Shown here: positions 1 through 7,725 of the stretch, piece after piece | How the letters are laid out: each line of letters starts with the position of its first letter | How positions within the stretch are numbered: the stretch's first letter is position 1 | From: Takakia lepidozioides | Taxonomy: Eukaryota > Plantae > Bryophyta | NCBI GenBank assembly: GCA_030704615.1 | Contig: JAKLZA010000325.1 | Span: 1 to 8,462, forward strand | Length of the DNA stretch: 8,462 nt | Direction of reading: 5' to 3' | The notes under the pieces: generated by a model | Told to the model about the DNA's origin: nothing | The model's database searches: none | Seen by the model: the letters and a program-made list of their open reading frames with translations, nothing else | Made by a program: the position numbers and the translations under genes

Positions 1-1122
1 TGTGAATACCCGACCATATCCTGGATCGGGTACTTCCGTGGTGCTTCCAACACGAGCTTGGAGCATTCTTGCGGACTCCACTTTGCCAAAGTGTTCAGCG
101 GTTGGAGGGAAACGCCGAACGAGCTTTCCATCTCGTTTGGTTGGCCACAAGTCAGGATTTGCCGGGGGGACCCGGGAGGACGCAGGAGTAGTAGCACATG
201 CATGGAGTTGGGGTTGTCTCGCAAGGGAAAAACCTGCCTCCTCCAGCATTTCAATCTCCTGAAAGCTGAGATGTGTTCCCACCTTCACGGGCCAAACGGT
301 TGGAGGAGATGGCTTCATCACTACGGAAGGACGCACAGTTCCATGCACACATCTGGCACAATCATCTGCGCAGAACCAGAACTTGTGGTTCTTGGCTTCT
401 GGTTGACCGTATGGACGCATCAAGCCCGTGAAAGTCGGAGCAGGAGTTCGGGCACCACCTCTGGATATAGATGAAGTGCACTTCTCGAAATTAGTTGCCC
501 TGATCGCTGTACATTTCACACGAGACCCGACACTTGTGCGTTCTATGTGCCAAACGTGGTCGGGGCATGCGGACTCAAGCACATCAAGGGGGTTGTTTCT
601 CTCCTGCACCATTTCAGTGGCACGGTTTGATGCTGGAGCTTGCCGTCGTGTTGGAGGTTCCTCCACAATGGAGGTTCCGGACACGGAGCTGTCATGCAGG
701 GGAACACGAGGCTTCGAGAAGTTATCACGGTCTGCCCTGTGGGAATCTAAATCCAAACCAGGTGGAGTGTTCAATTTCCTCTTACAGGAGCCGAATCTCT
801 CCTCCCCTTCAAGATGTGGAACTCTAGAAACAAGTGGCGTTCCCTGGGCATACATGCTCACCGCCCGTGCTATCTTGATTGGATCCCCAGATCTGTTTGC
901 AGCACGCAACATCAACTCCGATTTGTCCGGACCCTTGCCACCAACCCCACCTCGTAAGAAATCACGGTATCGGGTTTGTTGTTGCAAGGCACGTATCAAA
1001 TCATCTGTTGTTGCCACATACAAATCCCGACCTCTTTTCCCAGACTGCTGCAACCATGCATTGTGCACAGTTTCTGCCAAATTACAAGATGGCATGTCTG
1101 CCATTTCCTCAATGGACATGTT
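1..1122 (-). CDS. Long exon (374 codons, open to the window edge) of a MULE/Mutator-like transposase-related protein with a Cys-rich module
   Basis: Uninterrupted minus frame 1122 to 1: NMSIEEMADMPSCNLAETVHNAWLQQSGKRGRDLYVATTDDLIRALQQQTRYRDFLRGGVGGKGPD...HLEGEERFGSCKRKL...SHRADR...CPDHVWHIERT...KC...KC...APTFTG...KFWFCADDCARCVHG...VWPVKVGTHLSFQEIEMLEEAGF...PGYGRVFT. 'CNLAETVHN' resembles the N-x-x-E-[S/T]-x-H motif around the third catalytic residue of MULE DDE transposases. It is preceded by a pyrimidine-rich intron (1234 to 1123, GTATGA...TTGCAG). The ORF track missed it because there is no stop in the window. Confidence 0.7.
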
Positions 1123-1237
1123 CTGCAAAGAGGATAACCACACTTCAGAATAGTGCACAGGAAACAACATAAAGAAAGCAACAAAAATATGGAAAGCAAA
1201 TGTATGAATAAAGCATGAAATAGAAGCCTCATACCAT

Positions 1238-1406
1238 AAGAACACAGGTTATCCCGCAAGAAATCGGGAGTCACTACGTTTTTCTACTTTTCGCGCTTAG
1301 AGGGAGAGTGGTAGTCAAGCTGGAGAGGGTTCCTTCTAGAATACGAAAGAGAAGAAAGTCTCTTTATTTTACTTCCCTTAGAGAGAGACGCAGAGCAAGA
1401 GAGAAA
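1238..1406. promoter_or_regulatory. Putative compact bidirectional promoter/5'UTR between divergent genes
   Basis: Only about 170 bp separate the minus-strand ATG abutting the splice donor (1237-1235) from the plus-strand ATG (1407). The stretch before 1407 is GA-rich. Confidence 0.4.
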
Positions 1407-4400
1407 ATGACGAGGCGTCGTTTGTTGGAGAACACAGGGCCAAGGCAGCAGGTGAACGCGGAGACTGATTCACAAGAGCAGATGGAGACTGAGGCAGCGG
1501 CTGCGACACAGCCGGCGATAAGAGTGCGCCAGCCTGTGGAGGCAGAGATGAATCGCAGGGACACTGAAGAAGGTGGAAGCACGCGGAACGCCGAACCTGA
1601 AGAAGGTCAAGAAACCCTTGCGCAGACAGAAACTCCAGCAGATGTGAGAGGGAAGAGGAAAGCTGCAGAAGGGGATCAAAGTTCAAAACCTAAGAAGGTG
1701 CCAGTAAGTTTTATCATATAGTCTATGTGATTGCCTTTCAAGGAGTCCTTCCTCTTCCATTCTTTAGCAGGAACTACTGAATCGCGAGCGTCGTTAACGC
1801 CATTCGATTCTGCTCATGAGATTTATGTACCTATGTGTTTGAAGAGAGAGTCTGCACTTACTATTCTCCCTAAACTATACTGAATGTCGTTGCCGCCAAT
1901 CAGTTGCACATATATGTCATTCACAACACCGATCCGGCAGGTTGTTATCTTTTGTGATTGTCGTTAACGCCGTTCGCTATCGCTCTCACTTTTGTTTTGA
2001 ATACGGCAGTCTCGGCTTTGCATCTGTAGATTGTGCTGAATTCTTTCACACCATTCATGGTGAGTTTCCTTGATACAGAGTGATTGTCGTTACCGCCATT
2101 CACTATTTGCAAATGACTTAGTCAGAACTGAATGGCATCGTGCAGAAAACTGTGAGGTCGAAGCCTACAGGATCAGAGGGGAAAGGATCTGGAGATGGGA
2201 CGAGTCCGCAAAAAGCTCAGAGAATACAGATGAAGCAGATGAATCCGAAATGCACTACCTTGACAAGGTGAAAGAACTCATGTCATTCCAGAAGGTAAAC
2301 TCTCAGGAGGTTATAAGGGACATGCTCGTATCTGGAGGGCGTCTGGACATACCTCTGTGCCGGATGATATCAATGTCTGTTGTGCGTCCACCTCTTTCCC
2401 ATGACATAACAAAATTGGACAGTGATTTTGTGCATGGATATAGACTTGGTGCACAAGTTTTTTATGTGTCCCTGACGGATATAAATGGGAAAAGCACATT
2501 AGTTTCTCCAGAGATCAGTGATAACTGGGATGAGTGCTGGAAAGATGCCAATGAGGAGTTCGAGCTGGGCCTCATGATGGGAAAGAACACCCAACAATTT
2601 TGCAACCACATGTTCTACGTCTGGGACGGCAACCACCGATTGCTGGCATGGATGGGATACATTCAGAAACACCATTCGAAAGACAAAGACAAGCATGTTG
2701 CTGTGGAGGCAATGGTTTTGGATCCAGGAAACGACATCGCTAGGCTTCTTACAGCTATGCACGACGTGAACAAGTAAGTCATCCAGGAGATTTGATTCCC
2801 TCTGTAGTGTCTTGTTGATCCTCAAAAAACAGTGTTAAGGAATGCAATGTTTTCAATGTTTTTGCAGATCGACAGAGAAATCGCATGTGACAACAAGCTT
2901 GGTTCACACACTATTCCGAATTCAGAGGATTGGTCTGATGAAGCTGGATGATTTTCGGACAGTACTACCACCCAATATCATCAAGAAGTGCGAAACAGGA
3001 AGAGCTGCAGGCACTTGGTATTCTTTGACACGAGAGGCGTTTCTGGAGTACATGTATGCGGTAAGCCCGAGTCTGTAATCTGTTTACTTTTCGAATACAT
3101 GTTTAGAGTCCCTTCGAAGCTAATCACTACTTGAATGAATGCAGCAAGAACTGGCAGAGGCAGCTGAGAAGGGAAAATCCGAATATTACCGCACTACACC
3201 AGAGGAACTAAGGACATCAAAGGGTGTGGAAGCTGCAATAAAGAAGGAGTTTGAGATGCGAAGAACCAAATTGATGTCAGCCTTCGGAAAGCAGCTTAGA
3301 ATAGTAGATCCTGGACTTGGTCCTGAGTTCCTTCAGCAGATCAAAACACACTATGACAAGCATGTGCATCCGGAGATGCAGCAGGAGAAATTGCACCGGC
3401 TGGCCATATCGATGGTCGACCCACAAACAAAAATAAGGTGGCTGGAGATATGGAACTCAGATCAAACAGTAAAGGACTTGAATCAGTTCCCAAAGAGCAC
3501 CATACAGCCTGGCACAAAGGTGGAAGGAATCAGTGATTTGGTGTTTGATAACTGGCTCCACAAGGCTACATTTTGGAGTCAGGTGTGTATTCGAACATGC
3601 TGTTTCTTATCTTCAAGTATGTGATGTGTTTCTTTTTTGCAATTCTGACAAATATTCTATTTGCAGCTCGAAAAGCGCGCCGTCATTGTGCTGGATCAGA
3701 CTTTGAAGGACCTGAACATTGCGATTGTTTCCCCTCCCAAATGTCATTGGAGGCATACATAAGGAAGTGGAGAGGTCTCACCTGGAGATACTGTTTTTTC
3801 CGGGAGTTCTCCAAAGATGGTAACATTTTACGGTCCAACGACTTTGACAGTCAGGTTGGAGGAGAGTGGGCCATGATGCGAGTTGTGTACAGGTGAAATG
3901 TCATACTTGAAACTCTACTGTTTTTTTGGGAAAAATTGTGGCTTCATATGGATTGCAATCTTAGATCCAGATTGAATGTCGTTGACGACATTCACTTCTT
4001 TGTCTGAGTCATTCTTAAGCGAGTATATGAATTCACCTGGTTAGGATCTAAGGGTGCAATTATATTGTCCCTGATTAGAATTGATAATGTCCTTGAATGG
4101 CGTTGACGACATTCACATACGGAGTTGTTGTGTGGTCCTCCTCAAGTAATGTCCATAGAGGATACAATGAGGGTTGATCACTTCATTTTGCTGAATGTCA
4201 ATGCAGACATTCAGTTGTTCTGCATTGTTTTTTTTCCTCTTGCGATGAATATGGAGGCTTCATAAGCTCTGTTTTAAGAAATCCAAAGTGAATGTCGTTA
4301 ACGACATTCACAGCTGTGTCTGTATTATTAAAAAACGACAAATTCAATATTCATGGATTGGGGAGCTAAGTAATTGGTTTCTTTTTTGTATTTTTGTGAA

Positions 4401-7034
4401 TGGCGTTGACGCCATTCACATACAGTGATGTTGTGAGGTCCTCAGTGATAGGTTCGTTATGAATGTGCATTGAGTTTTCCTGGATGGTTCCTTACTCAAT
4501 TTTTTTATTTCCATCCTGTGATTTTGCTTCATTTCAGTAATAATTTGGCTTCATTCTTGAATGTCGTTGACGACATTCACTTCTATGTCTGTGTCATTTC
4601 TAATCGCTTATTTGCATTCACCTGGATTAGGATGTATTTACAGTGTCATGGAATGGAATGTTCTGAATGGCGTTGACGACATTCATATCTGGAGCAGTAG
4701 TGTGGTCCTGAAAGGTCCTTGGAGCAGTTGTCAGAGCCATTTCAATCCATGTTTTATTCTTTCTGTTCTACTTGCATCTTACTCACTGAGCGCTTTTGTG
4801 GGTTGGGATTCATCTCCTTTTTTCAGGTACACGAAATATGTGCTTATGGAAGGAAATCACCTGAGCGGAATTCCCGACTATCTTGACATGTGGTCGGACC
4901 CTGCAAACGATCCAACCATGTATACTGCAGGGATATTGAAGGACTGGAGTCCTTCTCACTTCAGAGACTGTGGGTGGTACCTTGACTGCCCACCTGAGCA
5001 CACGACCTTTCAAGAACAGCATATGAAATACTTGAACAATAACGCTGAGATGCTGGCGCCTTTGACTGACGAAGAGTATCAACGAAACATAGCAACCTTG
5101 GCTGCCAAGGAGCCTGATGCTCAGGGAACGCCGCAGAAGGGAAAGAAGGCGGGCCGCAAACCAAAAGACAAGGCTGTTGATGTCATAGCCATCTCACCAG
5201 CAAAGCCAAAGGACAAAGACAAGTCCAAAGAGAAGGAAAAGGACAAGGGGAAGGAGAATGAAAAGGAGATGGAGAGTGGGCAGGACTTTACTGCTGGAAG
5301 ATATACCCGCACTCTTCAGTGCGTGTTCGATGCCAAGCCACACCCTTCCCGTTCTGATTCAGCAGGAGAGATGAAAATTGTTAATGAGGGTTGGCTTTCG
5401 ATGATGCAGAGTCGAAAGAGAGGATACACTGGGGTGCCATCCCCTACCTGGGACAATATAATCTCATTCCTCAATCTGGTGAGAATTCCATTTTCTTTCC
5501 TTTTTCTCTGAATGTTTCGTTGGCAGTATTTCAGTCTCGTTCTTTGAAAACATTCTTGCCATCGTTCTTATAAAAAACATGTCTGTTGCAGGTGAGCACA
5601 GGTCCCACCTTCGTGTGCGGTGTGCAGAAAACTTATGCGGCCGACATTGTCATTCTCGACATCCCGGATGGCCAGGCTGTGCCAGAAGTTCTTCCAAAGG
5701 GCAAGACGCCAGGGTGGAACAAATTCGAGGACAACTACTGGAGTTGGGTATTCGGGTTCTGTAACAATTTCCTCTCTGATGCAGGGACACTTCTGCTTTT
5801 TCAGTCATGTGACAATGATAGTCGTCGGGCATTGGCATCATACCTCAAGTCTTCAGGGTTTGAAGTTTTGCGCACATGGAATTGTGTGAACAGCCTCTAC
5901 CTTGTGAAAGGCGGTTTCCCTGGTCAGCTGGTATGCCGTCTGCCTTCTGCTTATGCTTTGATCATGAGTTTCAATTTTCTCTCTCTGCAGCTCCACTCTA
6001 GTAGAATGTTTTATGATCGACACCGATCATCAACGATTCATGGTTTTTTGTGTCAGAGTTCTGAATAGCCGATGTACACACTTCCACTTTAGATTGTGTT
6101 TACCACACTAACCTGCTATCTTTGGCAGACGAGGATGTTCGAGGCGATCTGCCTGCGGAGGATTCGCACATCAAAGACACCATCCTCCATCCGCAGCTTT
6201 GAGATTTCTGACCAGGGTTGTTTCGTCAACCCCCCCTATGAGCCCCATGTCGATGACATTTTGTACAACTTCATGCAGTCCAGTCAGACTCTGAAGAGAC
6301 CAGATGGCACTCCCTGGAGAGGTGCAAAGGAAAAGTCACCAGCATTCATGCAAATACTGCTGGAGTCATGCAGCCACCGCTCTGCCACGGGTTGTCGATC
6401 TTTCTGTGTCCACAGGTTCGTTTTCTCCCTTCCGAATTGGTTTCCTTTCAACAGTTTCATCTGCTTAAATCCCCTCCTCCAAACTGTTTATGTTCTCCTG
6501 TCTGGTGCAGGAGCAACTTACCACGCATGCAAGGCAGGCGGAAGAAGCCTTTTTGGTATGGAGGGTGATTCTGACCTCTACAACACAGTGCTCCTCCCCC
6601 TTTTGTCTGGCTCCACTTCAGGCACACAGACTGATCGGATTCATATTCGAAATGATGACGATCCCGAAGATAAGCAGGTCGACAACGACTTTTCATGTGA
6701 GTAAGTGCTAAACCCTCTTTGGGAGTCATACTCAATTTCTCGATAACATCAAAGTTACAGTAATAACTTTTTCAGGCTGTCTTTCAGGAAAGCCAGCGGT
6801 GGATCTTCAGGAGATACAGTCATTTCTGGCGAGTCTGTTTTCGACAGCCCCCTTTCCAATTTTCTGCTCCCTGTTTATGCCGAAGCAATGGCACTTCACG
6901 CGTCCGAGTCCCTATCCCCTGACTTTTTAGTGGCCAGCCGTAGGTGTATTCCGCGTGGATCCGGTGTTCTAAAATACTTAGACTTAGATGCAGAGGAAGA
7001 GGGGATACATTGTACTGACTCTGAGTCAGACTGA
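1407..7034 (+). CDS. Spliced 10-exon gene for a ParB/Srx-like domain + central domain + beta-class N4C/N6A DNA methyltransferase-like fusion protein (~1170 aa); 3 apparent single-base frameshifts (sequencing error or recent pseudogenisation)
   Basis: Exons read by hand: 1407-1703, 2146-2773, 2868-3060, 3145-3582, 3667-3892, 4827-5478, 5592-5930, 6129-6415, 6511-6700, 6776-7034. All introns are GT...AG (donors GTAAGT 1704, GTAAGT 2774, GTAAGC 3061, GTGTGT 3583, GTGAAA 3893, GTGAGA 5479, GTATGC 5931, GTTCGT 6416, GTAAGT 6701). Phases are consistent if +1 A (2210-2214), +1 T/C (3728-3734) and -1 G (6389-6391) are applied; the total is then 3510 nt, ending at TGA 7032-7034. The exon 2 acceptor is the least certain boundary. 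Confidence 0.8.
1785..2102. repeat. Array of 4 more degenerate copies of the same 22-bp palindrome in intron 1
   Basis: 1785 CGAGCGTCGTTAACGCCATTCG; 1881 TGAATGTCGTTGCCGCCAATCA; 1955 TGATTGTCGTTAACGCCGTTCG; 2081 TGATTGTCGTTACCGCCATTCA. Spacing is 96, 74 and 126 bp. Confidence 0.85.
2340..2773 (+). other. ParB/Sulfiredoxin-like (ParB N-terminal, NTP-binding fold) domain in exon 2
   Basis: Three hallmark elements in order: 'SVVRP' (conserved Arg), 'FYVWDGNHRLLAW' (DGxHR signature, 2622-2639) and the terminal helix ending 'LLTAMHDVN' (conserved Asn). Confidence 0.8.
3973..4685. repeat. Array of 7 copies of a 22-bp palindrome in intron 5
   Basis: 3973 TGAATGTCGTTGACGACATTCA; 4094 TGAATGGCGTTGACGACATTCA; 4192 TGAATGTCAATGCAGACATTCA; 4289 TGAATGTCGTTAACGACATTCA (perfect, 24 bp with flanks); 4397 TGAATGGCGTTGACGCCATTCA; 4558 TGAATGTCGTTGACGACATTCA; 4664 TGAATGGCGTTGACGACATTCA. 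Start-to-start spacing is 121, 98, 97, 108, 161 and 106 bp. Confidence 0.95.
5592..6590 (+). other. Beta-class amino-methyltransferase (N6_N4_Mtase-like) domain, exons 7-9
   Basis: Motif order is IV-V-VI-VII...X-I-II: 'ADIVILDIPDG' (DPPY position), 'NNFLSDAGTLLLF', 'GFEVLRTWNCVN', 'PWRGAKEKSPAFMQILLESCS' (HPTxKP...L...S position), 'ATVVDLSVSTGATYHACKAGGRSLFGMEGD' (GDxVLDPFxGSGTTxxAAxxxGRxxIGxE position, restored by splicing 6416-6510 and removing one G). Confidence 0.75.
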
Positions 7035-7149
7035 ACTGTATTCTTTTAATATTCATTTTCATATTATCTGGAAAACGTTGAATCCCCTTACTCTACCGTA
7101 GTTGTTCCTTTAGAACAAATATAATCACAGAATCAACTTTCGTTTAAAT

Positions 7150-7515
7150 TGCTATATGTATGAATCCATCTCACAAACCTTCCTGACTCTTCTCATATCC
7201 ATTGTGCATTCATCTACACTGTATTCATGCGTGCTCCATTCATGAAAGCTTCCTTTGTACAACATCCATTGTACATTCATCCTCTGTACTCTTTAATCCA
7301 CCCACAAACCTTCCACACTCATTTCATATACTTTGTGCATTCGTCAAAAGATTTGGTCATGCATCTTCCTGTCATGAATTTTTGTCATTGCTCAACATCC
7401 ATTATACATTCATCCATTTTACTCTTATCCATCCGTCATTCATCCATCTACATAGATTTTTTCAAACTCATCCATCTGTTTATCATCCAACTGTACATTC
7501 ATCCATCATTTATTC
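7150..7515. repeat. Degenerate CATC/CATTCATCC-rich tandem repeat tract downstream of the gene
   Basis: Recurrent 'catccattgtacattcatcc', 'catccattatacattcatcc' and 'catccaactgtacattcatcc'. The block 'cacaaaccttcc...ctc...tcatat...ttgtgcattc' is duplicated at about 7152 and 7303. Confidence 0.75.
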
Positions 7516-7613
7516 AATGCCTTTTATTATGTCGTCCAGCTTGTTTCCGCGGTAAAGGGTGCCAATCCGCGGGAATACACTCCACTTCTTTCTGGGTGCG
7601 TGGTGACTCGGCC

Positions 7614-7725
7614 TCCACGTGTGATGACGTGGACTGAGACCCGTGACGTGGCATTTGCGCAAGGTGACGTGGCGTGAGCGCAGTCGCGCTCACGCGCTCA
7701 CGCGCTCACGTGACCAGGCTCACGC
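7614..7725. promoter_or_regulatory. GC-rich cluster: three TGACGTGG boxes, a 10-bp-stem hairpin and (GCGCTCAC)3
   Basis: TGACGTGG at 7625, 7644 and 7665; GCGTGAGCGC-AGTC-GCGCTCACGC at 7672-7695; GCGCTCAC tandem x3 at 7686-7709. The function (cis-element or element end) is not determined. Confidence 0.5.

Larger units (their letters stand above)
1..7725. mobile_element. Probable internal part of a large MULE-like DNA transposon carrying accessory genes
   Basis: Inferred from the transposase-like ORF tightly linked to a prokaryote-type enzyme gene, a nearby paralog and repeat arrays. No TIR pair or TSD can be demonstrated in the window. Confidence 0.4.

Noticed and set aside
2-1172. Plus-strand ORFs 2..262, 58..474, 428..1153, 534..827, 879..1172
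   Set aside because: These are antisense shadows of the uninterrupted 374-codon minus-strand frame and have no recognisable motifs.
3973-4685. CRISPR array
   Set aside because: Spacers are 75-139 bp, variable in length and homologous to one another. The array is inside a spliceosomal intron and there are no cas genes.
4561-4826. N-terminal part of ORF 4561..5511 as coding
   Set aside because: It overlaps the palindrome repeats. A strong acceptor (TTTTTTCAG, 4826) in the correct phase shows coding starts at 4827.
5130-5275. Lys/Glu/Asp-rich stretch as a distinct repeat element
   Set aside because: It is an ordinary low-complexity charged linker within exon 6.
6416-6510. Continuous coding through ORF 6096..6704
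   Set aside because: This pyrimidine-rich GT-AG segment interrupts methyltransferase motif I. The read-through is an artefact of a 95-nt intron plus one extra G.
1407-7034. Bacterial or phage operon (restriction-modification or parABS) of separate small ORFs
   Set aside because: ORF breaks coincide with in-phase GT-AG introns, and no ParA ATPase or restriction nuclease is seen.
7202-7637. His/Ile/Ser-rich ORFs 7202..7555 and 7227..7637
   Set aside because: They are translations of the CATC-rich low-complexity tract.
7672-7715. Helitron 3' end or rho-independent terminator
   Set aside because: There is no CTRR terminus at the expected distance and no U-tract after the hairpin, and the context is eukaryotic.
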